A stretch of DNA of 64,000 nt from Squalus acanthias. Its lineage: Eukaryota. Made by a program: the position numbers and the translations under genes. This document shows, in pieces, positions 12,867-24,673 of this stretch. The stretch is taken from positions 107,262,001 through 107,326,000 of the forward strand of contig CM059431.1 in NCBI GenBank assembly GCA_030390025.1. The letters run 5' to 3'. The notes under the pieces are model-generated. The model was not told the origin of the DNA and searched no databases. It worked only from the letters and a program-made list of their open reading frames with translations. Within the stretch, counting starts at the first letter, position 1, and each line of letters begins with the position of its first letter.

Positions 12867-13494
12867 AGACCAGAACCATTATTGTCCTTCACCAACTTCT
12901 CCCCAGCAGATGGTAATGTTCAAGATTAGGTTGATGGTGTTGGAATGAAGGAAATGATGAGCTGCCACCCTACGAGTTGTCCAAGATGTCCTAAATGTCT
13001 GAGGCTGCCTCACTAAGTGAAGCTTTGAATTGAGTGATGCTTCCAGTGGTCAGACAGAATCACAAAATGAAGGTCCAGCAATATGACCGCAACACTTTTT
13101 TTCCCCCCCACCCTCTGATACCTCTTTGTTTCTTCCGAAAGCATTTTTAGCGCATTTTCACCTCTGGATGTATTTCCAGCAGGTCGCGTCTTTCATCACT
13201 CACGGCAGGTCGTTGAAGTTTTCGCCAAAGCCTTGCATCTGGAGTAGTCCTACTGGTTCCTTAAAGTGGGTCAAATTGGAACTATATTCAATTTGTTAGG
13301 TTGGCATTGCAGGAGGGTAGATCAGATGCCAGTCTTACTGTCTGACAACAGATGGAACCCATATATTGCATGCACCTCATTAAACACTTTACCAAGACCA
13401 CCTGTCTTGCCTTCTCTTCGGTAATGCGAACCAGGCAGACCCAAGATTATCTAAGAATAAATCTCTTTCAGAAGTGGTAGTTGTGGATATTGAC

Positions 13495-15830
13495 AGTGAA
13501 GAATTGCAAGATATACTGGGTAACTATAGACCAGTTAGTCTAACGTCAGTTGTGGGCAAATTTCAGGATCCATAATTCAACATCGAATTAGTGAGCGTTT
13601 AGAAATGCATGGATTATCAGGGACAGCCAGCAAGGATTTGTTAAAGGCAAGTCATGTTTGACAAATTTAATAGAATTTTCTGAAGAAGTAACTCATTGGA
13701 TAAAGGGAATGCAGTAGATGTGGTGCATATGGGTTTTCAGAAGCCTTTCAATAAAGAGGCTTGTTAGCAAAATTCAGGTGTTCTGGTAGAAGAGAAAATT
13801 GGTTGATGGTGTAAGATTTGGATCACAGGTCACACACAGACACCCAAAGGGCCTAAGGAGTTTTATGGTATTTTATTGAAAAGCTACAGTTCAAAGCATA
13901 ATCAGATAATACATGTCGTTAAGATAAATATAATAGACATACAACCCGTGACAGTAGAGAGCGAACTACGACGCCGAAGCGGAATGCCATGACCGGACGG
14001 ATGGACAGATGGTTAGATACCCAATGAGACAGCATGGAGGTCTCAGGTCAGCGGATCTCTGCAGCCTGCAACAGCAGTCACTTCTGTTAGTTTGTCCCTC
14101 GAGCTGTTGGAGGTGTTAGGCCGCCAGCCAGCATTGATTCACCTCAGAGGCTAAACTTGACCAAGGTGTTAGGCATAAGCCAGCATTAATTTCCACCTCG
14201 AGGAAGCCTTCGTCCCTAGCTGTCTGACTATTTCCTTCTCGGTTCCCTATTTTATACTTTATTTCGATGGGCTGGTGATTACCTGGTGTCAATCATTTGT
14301 TCCCCATCTATAATCCAATTGTGAAGCGGGAGGGCATCCCTCACCATCCCTTCCTGCATAGCTGACAAGGCCTTCCTCTTGTCTTTCTGAGGAACGTCTT
14401 GTTATGTTTCTTTAAGGACATTTTATGACTTTCTGGCTGCATATTGTCTAACTATCATTCTACCATCCTGTGTTGTCTTGCATTTTATGACTCCCTTATC
14501 AATTCCATGCCCTGGCCTCGGCCATTTGTCTTTTTGTGCTTGTTATTTGACATTCCTGCCATCTGTTCCCGGCTGCATTTCTTCAGTTTGTTGTCAGTCT
14601 CTGTTCTAAGAATTAAAACCCCATTTTTGAATCTAACAGCTATTTCTTACAATGGTGAGGAAACAAAGAGTTAGGTAAATGGGTGTTGCTCGGATTGGAG
14701 AAGGGTTGAAAGTGGTGTACCCCAGGGGCCTGTGCTGGCTCCATTTTTGTTCTTTGAATATATTGATAATTTGGACTTGCATACAGGGAACACAATCTCA
14801 CAACTTGCTGATGATACAAAAGTAGGACAGTGGGCAAACAATGAAAAGTACTGTGAAAAGCAGAGACAGGTTAATGGAAAGGGAAATGGCAGAGGTAATT
14901 GAACGTGCATAAGTGTGAGGTAATAATGCTTTTGGGAGAAAAAAAAACCACAATGAATGGGAGTATACACTCAATGGAAAGACACTGATGGGTGTGGATG
15001 AATTCACAAACCTATTGGATCAAATATTTAATTCCTTGAAAGTGTGTGAGTTCAGGTAGATAAAGCCATAAAAGAAGCCAATAAAATGTTGGGTTTTATA
15101 AATAAGGGGCCACAGAGTAAAGAATTAATGATGTATTCATACAAAACATTGGTTGGGCAATAGAGTAAGGTGCACAGATTTGGGCAATGGAGGAACTAGG
15201 TTTGGCCGGCTGGGGAGGATCGAACTCAAGATTTGGCCGACTTGGCAGGAAGGGGACCGAGTTGGGAACTGAGGTTTGGCGACCTACCTAGTCCGAAGAC
15301 TGAGCCAGAAACCCCACCGAATCTGGGGGCCGCAGATGGGTGAGAGGTTCCTGGGAGTAAATGCCCATTATAGAAAGGACATTAAAGGCATAGAAAGTGT
15401 CAAGCATAGATTTACCTGGATTATGCCAAGTATAAAACTACAGCTATGAAGAGAGACTTAAGATACTGGAACTATATCCACTGGAGCAGAGATGGTTAAG
15501 AGAGGAGGTTTTAAAAATTATGACCGATCTCGATAGAATGGAAAGGGAAAGATTATTTCCTCTAGGATCAGTAATGAGGGGTCATAAATTTAAGATTGTC
15601 TATAAGAGATGTTGGGAGAATTTTCTTTATACAGAGGGCTGTTAAAATATTGGATGCTTTGCCATAGACAGTGGTCAAGGCACAAATCATTGCATCTATT
15701 AGAGGAAATTGGGTCAATATTTGAAGCAGAGGAAGTCACAGGGCTTTGGGGAGAGAACAGGGCAGTGCTATCAGTTTTGCATTACACAAAGAGCTGACAA
15801 AGATGCGATGGGCCAAATTCTGTGCTGTAA
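13495..15830 (+). mobile_element. Old degenerate CR1 (RT to 3' end), interrupted by a solo LTR and a ~180-bp insert
   Basis: Decayed codons for NYRPVSLTSVVGK, HGFVKGKSCLTNL, VPQG, ADDTK and a CR1 3' UTR. No long ORF. Confidence 0.8.
13810..14651 (-). mobile_element. Solo LTR, 842 bp
   Basis: TGTAAGA...TCTTACA termini and 4-bp TSD ATGG (13806-13809, 14652-14655) interrupting a CR1. TATAAAA (~14250) and AATAAA (~13872) lie on the minus strand in the expected order. Confidence 0.85.
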
Positions 15831-16459
15831 ACTTTAATGTAATGATTCTAAGAACTCATAGAAAATGTTTAGAACCCTGTCACCGATTTTGGAATCCAAT
15901 GGTAGAAACTGTAGTCCAGTAAGGTGAAAGCTCTTATAACTTGGGTGCTGCCCAAAGTGGGATCTGGCCTCAGATATGAGTAGCTATATCTATTTGCAAA
16001 ATAATAGATGTGTACACACAGAGAGCAAACTCACATTACACTTCACAAACAATGGTGACCTGTGTGATAAGCTATCTCTTCTTGTTGGCATTTACAGCCT
16101 CTGACAGTACTGATGTAATAGCTGTGGTTGTATTATTCTCAACGGATTTGGTATTGAATGAGTCTTTCAATGGAACTGTGATACAAAAAGTAGCAGAGTT
16201 GATTTTTATTTCCAGAATGATTTAAAAACCTTGAGGACACAAGATTTAGACTCAAGAAGCTTTGAATGTCTTTGGACTTAAGAGTAAGATCTTTTTGCCA
16301 GCATTTTAACCATCGACTCCATTATCATTAACCATGAAAGACCACTGATAGAATTCGAACACTTCCCATTAAGTGCACTGTTTTTTCTGATCAGTCGCTT
16401 CAACTGCAAGCATGAGGATTGGCTATAAAATAGAACAACTCGGCCTTGTTCGGCTTAGC

Positions 16460-16570
16460 AAAAGAAAGAAAGACTTGCATTAATATAGCTCCTTTCACGA
16501 CCTTGGGACGTTGCAAACATCTTTACAGCCAATGTAGTGATTTTGAAGTGTAGTCACTGTTGTAATGTAG
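16460..16570 (-). mobile_element. Deu-domain SINE 3' tail fragment
   Basis: Homologous to 3283-3395. Confidence 0.6.
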
Positions 16571-16943
16571 GACATGTAGCGTGGTAGCTATGTATCTTTT
16601 TGAAGACTGAATCACATGTATTGATCTTGTATCAACTGAAGTGCCAGGAAGACCTCACTTCAGTACTTCCAAGGACAGTCAGATCAAATTACCTAGATGA
16701 AATATATAATTAATTGGATAGCTGCAGAAGCCACAGAAAGGTTCAAACCATTGAGTTTTGCCCAAGTGTCATGTTTTACGGGAATGGCATAGGGCTCATA
16801 GAAGATGTGGAGAAAACTGTGGAGGAGAATGGAGAACTTCCAACTATATGAAAACACCAAATATAGTATCTCTTAATAAGAGGTTGTAGCTGAGAGTGTC
16901 AGAATAGATATCAAGACACACATGGAGTTAGCATCTCTGAAAT

Positions 16944-17200
16944 CTGGCCAGGACACCAGGGAGAACTCCCCTGCTCTTCTTCAGAATAGTGCCATGGGAT
17001 CTTTTCTCTGGGAGGGCAGACAAGGCCTCTGTTTAACATCTCATCAAAAGACAGCACCTCCAACAGTACAGAAATCCCTCACTACTTCATTGGAGTGTAC
17101 AGCCTAGATTATGTGCTCCAAGTCTCTGGAGTGGGGTTTGAACCCACCACCTTCAGATTCAAAGGCAAGAGTGCTGCCCCTGCACCACAGCTGACACCGA
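16944..17200 (-). mobile_element. Deu-domain SINE 5' half with tRNA-like head
   Basis: Homologous to 3495-3660; minus-strand B-box-like GGTTCAAACCCC. Confidence 0.65.
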
Positions 17201-17738
17201 ATGATGTCTTATCTGTCATGTGGATTGTTAAGATAGAAATAATTAACATGAACTGAGCTGTTACCTGGCCAGGTGTTCAGTCCATTTCATTTACATTGAT
17301 ATCAGCCCTTTGAATAGCAATTAAATATGACTAGTTGTCCCAATGAGGGATGGGGTAGGGGGCTGTGTACTAGATGCGCAGCTCTGCTCTGTTTTTTTTT
17401 CTAAAGAGGTCAGTACCTAAGTAGTTTCCTTGAAAACTGTAAAGCCTAATTTGATTAATGTCTCTATCACTGCAAGAAAATTTTAAAATAGGTCAGTTTT
17501 GATTAATTGTGAGTGATATCTATCAGTCCTTTGTCATAGTTTTTTTTGATTAATTACAAAAGATACATTCTAATATTTCTTTGTCTCAGACTTCAAAGCA
17601 AAAAGTGGGTATTATGTTGTCTTTTATCTCGGCTCTGGGGCGTATTTCCACTTCGCTACACAATTGAGTGAGCTGGAGATAGTGGGCTGTTTGGAACCCC
17701 GAATTTCCAATTACACATGTAAGGTTTTCCCTCACAAT

Positions 17739-18488
17739 GGTACAGAATTTGCTGGAGTGGGGCATCTCACGGCGTGCCCCATGAGTTTGATTTTTTTCCT
17801 CACCCGTCAGTTCGAAAATATTTTGCGCCGCAAATTGCTGGAAGTGCGAGCTGATAACGGGGCATTTGGGACCTTGGTCAATGACAGGACCAACAGTCGG
17901 TCCACCTTAACCAATGCGATTTAAAGATAGAGAACGAAACAGAGCGAACCATGGGGAAGGAAATAGGGTGAATTAGAGTCAAATTAGATACAGAAAGAGA
18001 AATAAAGAGAGGGAGAGAAAGGTTGGATTAAGAGAGAGAAAGAATAAAAAGAGACAGAAAGGAAAATTAATTTAAAAAATTTAACGTAAAATTCAAAATT
18101 TTAAAACTTGTAGAAACAATTTGCTGTGTGCAGGAGTGAGACTCGAGAGTTTCAATTGTTCTCTTTCTGGGCCAACGCAGGTTGAATGGCACTGCAGGAA
18201 CATAAATCTCATCATTAAATGGGTCCTTACATCGTGAAATACCAGCCCTAACTTTCTGTGGCGCATTCATTTGTATTTCAGGTGCAAATACAGCAATTTC
18301 TTGTAACTCACGGGGAGGTTGACGGTGAGATCCGTTTTTTGTGCATATAATGGCGTAGTTAGTGCGATGTCCAGCAATTTGTGACAATTCACAACTCATG
18401 GGGTATCTCTTCCTCATCACAAGTTGTACACACTAATAACGGCGTGTGCCATTAAACTCGCCATTACTTTTCCAGCAAATTCTGGCTC
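17739..18488. mobile_element. Harbinger-type MITE, ~750 bp
   Basis: TIRs GGTACAGAATTTGCTGGA / TCCAGCAAATTCTGGCTC, TSD AAT on both sides. Homologous (inverted) to 42324-43098. Confidence 0.8.
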
Positions 18489-18491
18489 AAT

Positions 18492-19256
18492 GGCCCAGAA
18501 ATTCGCCTCTCCGGCTTGCCGCGGGGGTAAGGATCGCGCGCGCACTTACCTACTGCGTCTGCCGTTCTGCTTCTGGCCCACGGGGACTTCAGCTCCTGGG
18601 CCTGCTCCAAGTGCCGGCGCGCAGTGCTTGCGTGTCCCAGGGGCGTAGTTAGTGCGATGCGTCCCCTGGGATCACGTGGGCCATGGAGAGCCAATGACAG
18701 CAGACCATCTTTCATTCATAGATTTGACAGGCAGACCTGTCAAATCTATGAATTGAAATTGGCCCCAAAAGAACAGCTAAACTTCAAATAAATTTTTTAA
18801 AAATCCATCACATTTTTAAAATAACTATAAGTTAAATAAATTAACTACTTTAAACAAAAATTTAAATTTTTGAAAAAATTAAAATACTTTTTAACAGTGC
18901 TAAAAATAAACTTACCTTTCTTTAAAGTATCTAAAAAAGATAAACCTGTTGAAAAATTTTTAAATTGTAATTAATTAACCACTTACCTTGTTGAAAACGG
19001 GTCCTGCACCTCCTTTTTAAAAGCACAGCTTCTTCAATACTTACCCCCCCGGAGTAACCTGAAGAAAAACCTAAGTTCGCTGCGTGCGCGCAGCCTCTAC
19101 CGCGCACGCGGTTCACCTCTGAACCGCTCCCTTCACCAGACCGGAAGTTCCGGTTTCCCGCGCATGCGCAGTGCATGCAGAAAACCGGCACTTCAGGAGG
19201 CCTTGTGGGTGAGTACACAGCGCGTACTCACCCGGCAAGTGCCGAATTTTTGGCCC
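18492..19256. mobile_element. Harbinger-type MITE, ~765 bp
   Basis: TIRs GGCCCAGAAATTCG / CGAATTTTTGGCCC, flanks AAT and ATT. GC-rich ends and AT-rich core; related to 41383-42140 and to the end fragment at 35143-35193. Confidence 0.8.
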
Positions 19257-19572
19257 ATTATGTTTTCTAAGTTAACAAAACATGAAATTTTCAAGTTTAT
19301 TATTTTGGATGGTTTTAAAGTGCTGGTAAGAAATCAGATTTGTATCTAAGGGCATAAATTGCAGCAGCAACTTGCAATTTCAATTTCTGCCCGTTTCCAT
19401 AATTTAATGAAAATCTATTTCTCTTACCTATTTCTTCTTGGATTCAGAGATTGTAAGCTGAGCTATACAATCTGTAGTAATGTTATTTTCCCATCAATCG
19501 GAAAGCTCACTGTCAGTATTTCCAGTAACGTTTTGATAGCAAACAGGTTTATTGTTCACCTGGGCCTACTTT

Positions 19573-19770
19573 GAGCTGTGGAGGCGGAGTCATTGAATCT
19601 ATTTAAGGTGGAGATAGACAGATTTTTGAACGATTGGGAGTCAAGGGTTAAGGGGAACGGGCAGGAAAGTGGACTTGAGGCCAAGATCAGATCAGCCATG
19701 ATCTTATTAAATGGCGGAGCAGGCTCGAGGGGCCAAATGGCCTACTCCTGCCCCCAATTCTTATGTTCCT
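19573..19770 (+). mobile_element. CR1 3' end
   Basis: GATCAGCCATGATC...GGCTCGAGGGGCCAAATGGCCTACTCCTGC. Confidence 0.85.
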
Positions 19771-19954
19771 CCCAGATTGCTTTACAAACAGCTTTTTTTA
19801 TTTTGGTTGATTGGAAGCATGGGTTTGCGTGTGGAAGTAGTCATTTGTGATGAGCATGAGGGAAAGTGCCTGGAGTTCACCCGAATCACAACGAGGGGGC
19901 ATCTTCAGAGGGATTTCTTAAAAGATAGTTATCTCACTCCATAATCTGTTAATG

Positions 19955-20697
19955 GGTTAAATGACAGCAGATCAGTTGGAGGTGTTCAAAAAATAATTTA
20001 ACGTGATACAGGACCAGTTTATATCCCTGATGTCATGAACAGGTACAGAAAATTATCAAAAAGGCTAATGGAATGCTGGCCTTTATATCTAGAGGTCTAG
20101 AATTCAAGGGGATAGAAGTTACGCTGCAGCTATACAAAGCCCTTGTTATACCACACCTGCATTACTGTGAGCAGTTCTGGGCACCACACCTTAGGAAGGA
20201 TATATTGGCCTTAGAGGGAGTGCAGCGTAGGTTTACCAGAATGATACCCGGACTCCAGGGGTTAAATTACGAGGAGAGATTGCACAAACTAGGGTTGTAT
20301 TCTCTGGAATTTAGAAGGTTAAGGGGCGATTTGATTGAAGTTATCAAGATATTAAGGGGAACTGATAGGGTAGATGGAGAGAAACTATTTCCGCTGGTTG
20401 GGGAGTCTAGGACGAGAGGGCATAGTCTAAAAATTAGAGCCAGACCTTACAGGAGTGAAATTAGAAAACACTTCTACACACAAAGGGTGGTAGAAGTTTG
20501 GAATTCTCTACCGCAAATGGCAATTGATGCTAGATCAAATGTTAATGTTAAAGCTGAGTGTGATAGAATTTTGTTAACCAAAGGTATTAAGGGATATGGG
20601 GCAAAGACCGATATATGGAGTTAGGTCGCAGATCAGCCATTGAATGGTGAAACAGGCTCGAGGGGCTGAGTGGCCGACTCCTCTTCCTATGTTCCTA
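19955..20697 (+). mobile_element. CR1 3' fragment
   Basis: ORF 20073..20624 is a CR1 ORF2 C-terminus. It is preceded by a short piece resembling the EN-RT linker, suggesting an internal deletion. Confidence 0.9.
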
Positions 20698-21359
20698 ATA
20701 TGTGGTATTATGGATACACTGGAAGGACACCTACCAGTTGGGTTCTCCCAGTGCACGCTTCTCTGCTGCACAACTGGAAACAGTACATTCCCACAATAAT
20801 GTTCCACTTGGATACTGAATTGTAAATTCATTTGAAACGGAAAGTTTCCATCAATGAAAGACATATGGACCAATTTGGAGTCCTTACAGTCACCTGCAGA
20901 TGGAAAGTAGAAATTTGGGGAAAACATTCAAGTGAAGCATGCAAAAAAAACCATTGTTTTCTTATGAACCCGAACTAAAACTAAAGCTAAAGGATTGTAG
21001 ATGGGAAAAAAATGTAGAAGGATAGAAAGAATCGTGGGTGCGACGTACTTTTATAGTTCTCTTGGCATTATGAGAGCGATAAGATATGATATGAAACCAT
21101 GATCGGTGTTGCTTAGCTTCAGAAGCAATATCCAAGTGTTAAACATACAGTCGTTTGCCAGACTGCCTTGTAGAAATATTTATATTGGTAATGAAGATTG
21201 CACTGCTTAATAAAACAATACAAAACAAACAGAGAAGTATTCATGCATAATGTTTCTTAGCAGTTTCCAAGACAACAGATGCCAGCAATAGCAAAGGAAA
21301 GATGACATTGAAAGTATTATGATCTTATCATTTATGATTGCCATTTCGAGCTCTCAACA

Positions 21360-21605
21360 GAAACACCACGGCACTATTTGAAACAAAGCATTATCCTGCT
21401 CAACATTCATCCATCAACCAACACCATCAAGGAATAGATTAACTGGTCATTCTGTTAGTGAGACCTTGCTAATATGCCAAACAGCTGTCAAATTTTCCGA
21501 CATAACAACAGTCATTGTGCTTCTAAGTAGTTCATTGTATGTGAAATAGGATGGTTCTGATAGACTAGATAGGGTACTATAAGCATGCAAGTCTGTATTT
21601 CTTTC
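21360..21605 (+). mobile_element. Highly decayed Deu-domain SINE
   Basis: CCACGGCACTATTTGAA...CAACCAACACC...AGATTAACTGGTCATT...TGCAAGTC plus a T/C-rich tail. Confidence 0.5.
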
Positions 21606-24399
21606 CTTTTCTTTCCTTCCTTACTTCCTCCTTCCCTCCCTCCCATGTAATGCTAATCCCAGAACCAAGGAGTTTGTATCAAGGGAAGTGTTCTATGTGG
21701 AGCCTGTGTAGAAAAGCAGACCACCAATTGCACCAGAGATGTTTTTGAACTGAATGACCTAAAAGCTTAATTTATTGAAATCCAATGTTACCGATCAATA
21801 GCAGACTGAATAGCAGCGACTCCAGATTTAACTGGGTACAAAATGCTCTTTTTAATCTAATGCCGCAAAATCATTACCAAATGTAGCAGTTATTCATTCA
21901 ATGAAATCCATTAAATGAAATTGATCGATAGCAGACCCTCCCTCCATTGAGTAGTAGACTTAATGAAGTGTGAAATGATCTGTTTAATCCAGTTAACTGC
22001 TTGCCACTGCAAAAGCTTTTGGTGAGCAAAACTGAAAAGCAGCAAAACTGTCATTTTGGGAACCCCATAAATAGCGTTGCATCAGAAATGACAACTGTGA
22101 AAGAGCATGCTGTGTTGAAGAACACTGCATTATGCTGACTAAGAACTCCCACTGAGCTAAATCCTTAAAATTAACAGTCAGCTTTTCTAATTACTCTGAA
22201 GCAGGTAGGGTGACTTTGTTTCATCCCTGTTCTAAAACCTTCAGCAGTTGTTCAGCTTTACATTTTCCATACGGAGGCACACGGCTCCTTCCTGTTTCTC
22301 ACAGTTGCCTGATTCCAGCTGTATTTATTCAAGTCGCCATCTGTTGAACATTGGGGATGCAGCTGCCAAAGTTGGCATCCTCAAGGCACAGCGATATGTT
22401 GCCAAGTGACCGATTTTTCTAGCCTTCAGTGGTGAGGCTGGATGTCTGGGTCATTGGTTTACCAAGGTTAAGAAGCTTAAAATGATTCCCGTTTATGAGG
22501 CCATTGCAAATGCGCTGTCAAAAGAATTAAGATTTGTCGACTGTCCAACAACCGAGATCCTTTTCTGCGTCTTATAATGTGGTTTTGTATATGTCACTGT
22601 GAATCAGTACCCTATCCACATTCTGCAAACAGCAAATCAGTGCAACAAAGAAGAAATGATCAAAGCACAACATTCAATTTTTGGTTCTGAAATACAGCGA
22701 ACATTAAAGTTTCTCAGGTCAGGCACAATAAGGCAACTTTCTGATCCTGAAAGATCAATGGTCCAGGGTTCAATCAGAGGAATCAGTCCCGGTTCTCAAA
22801 TGATTTGTTTTTTTCCAAAAAAATCTGTCCAGCTTATTGATGTGCTTTCCTTGGTACTTAGTATTTAGTGTCACACGAGCAAATGGATTTCCTGTTGCAG
22901 GAGCAATGAAGAATCCAGCATCTCAATAGTCTGATTCCCAAAGTTGCACATTTAGTATGAAGCAAAAGTAAGTAGCAGAGTCTGCAAAGTCCCGAGTTGC
23001 TATTTCCACAGCAGATATATTTATTTAATGACATTTTTTTTTTGGTGCTGATTTGCTTTACTTCATAGCATTGTAAATGTAAATATAGATTTATGTTTTT
23101 TTTTCCTTCATTTTTATTAATTGTCACTGAAAACTCATCAGAAAAAAAGTCACATTTTTGTAAGGAGCTATCAATATTCTGTTATGAATCTGGAGGAAAT
23201 TGAATTATACCCTTGTGTCAGTTGCTCTCCATTCCCATTAACAAAGCCACTGACAATTAAATACATAAAAAAATGTACCAATAACAGTAAGGCAATACAT
23301 TGGACATGCAATCCTAAATTACAGACCCTAATAACCCAAAACCTTACCAGGAACCTTCATCCCCCATCCTTGAGAAAATTGTGCAATGCCCAATTTCACC
23401 CAGGAGGAGATTAATCCTGAAGAAAGCTAATTTCCCGCTTACCCAAGATGGTTAACTAAGGAATGCAGCACAGAGGAGGAATTATAATGCGCTGAGAGAA
23501 TTGCTGCTAATCTTTCCTATGTGGCACAGCTAAGGGTTGAGCGATGCAAATGGATTTGTTGTGACAGAGTCTACGGGACACAGCAGTAGCCTAGCCCAGT
23601 AAACAACTTTCACTCTGAGCTCAATTGGTGACCAGTGTGTTGTCAGAACTTGTACCAATCATTCCAGAGCTTGTAGGTACGCCATGTGAGGAGATATCAG
23701 CTCTATGACGTGTTTGATGCCAACACACTACACTAACTATTGGAACTGATTTACCTTTGATTAGATTGAAGAGATTTAAAATATAGATTTACTAAACGCA
23801 TGACCCACAACAATAGATTGATAGGGTGAGATGAAGAGGGGTGGGAGGAGGCATGGACCAGTTGGGCAGAATGGCCTGTTTCTGTGCTGTAAATTCTATT
23901 TAATTCTATGATTAGTACTCCTATTGCCTCTTGGAATGACATAGAATTTTACAGCACAGAAACAGACCATTCGGCCGTACAGATCTATGCCGGTGTTTAT
24001 GCTCCTCACAAGCCAGCTCCCACCTTATTACATCTAACGCTATCAGCATATTTTTCTATTCCTTTCCCTCTCATCTACTTATTTAGCATCCCATTCATAA
24101 GAACATAAGAAATAGGAGCAGGAGTAGGCCATTCGGCCCCTCGAGCCTGCTCCGCCATTCAAGGAGATCTTGGCTGATCTGATCTTGGCCTCAACTCCAC
24201 TTTCCTGCCCGCTCCCCAGAACCCTTGATACCCCTGTTTTTCAAAAATCTGTCTATCTCCGCCTTGAATATATTCACTGACCCAGCCTCCACAGCTCTCT
24301 GGGGTAGAGAATTCCAAAGACTCATGACCCTCTGAGAGAAGAAATTCCTCCTCATCTCTGTTTTAAATGGGCGACCCCTTATCCTGAAACTATGCCCCC

Positions 24400-24627
24400 T
24401 GACGTAATAAAGACTCACTACGCACTTGGTTGAACATAAAGCAAGGCTTTAATCGACTTGTAACAAAACATGGGGGTCTAGTTAGCAGTCACTAGCTTCC
24501 TGTTTCCAGATTGTCTCTGCCCAAGGTGGGCCCACGCCCGAGTATTCATACTCTACGGACGGCGCCCCTGCTGGCCGCCCAGTAGTACTTCCTGAGTTAC
24601 TTCTTGTAGAAGTTGCGATTTATGACA
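24400..24627 (-). repeat. 3' LTR of the Gypsy element
   Basis: Direct repeat of 28651-28878; I count 9 substitutions in 228 bp by eye. Confidence 0.95.
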
Positions 24628-24673
24628 TTCTTCCTCCCTAAAAGGTTTGGAAGTCCAGTCTTCCTTTAACGGA

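Noticed and set aside
16072..16175. Possible minus-strand terminal coding exon (PLKDSFNTKSVENN...KKR*)
   Set aside because: There is an acceptor-like site and 34 open codons, but no recognisable homology or upstream exon; compatible with chance.
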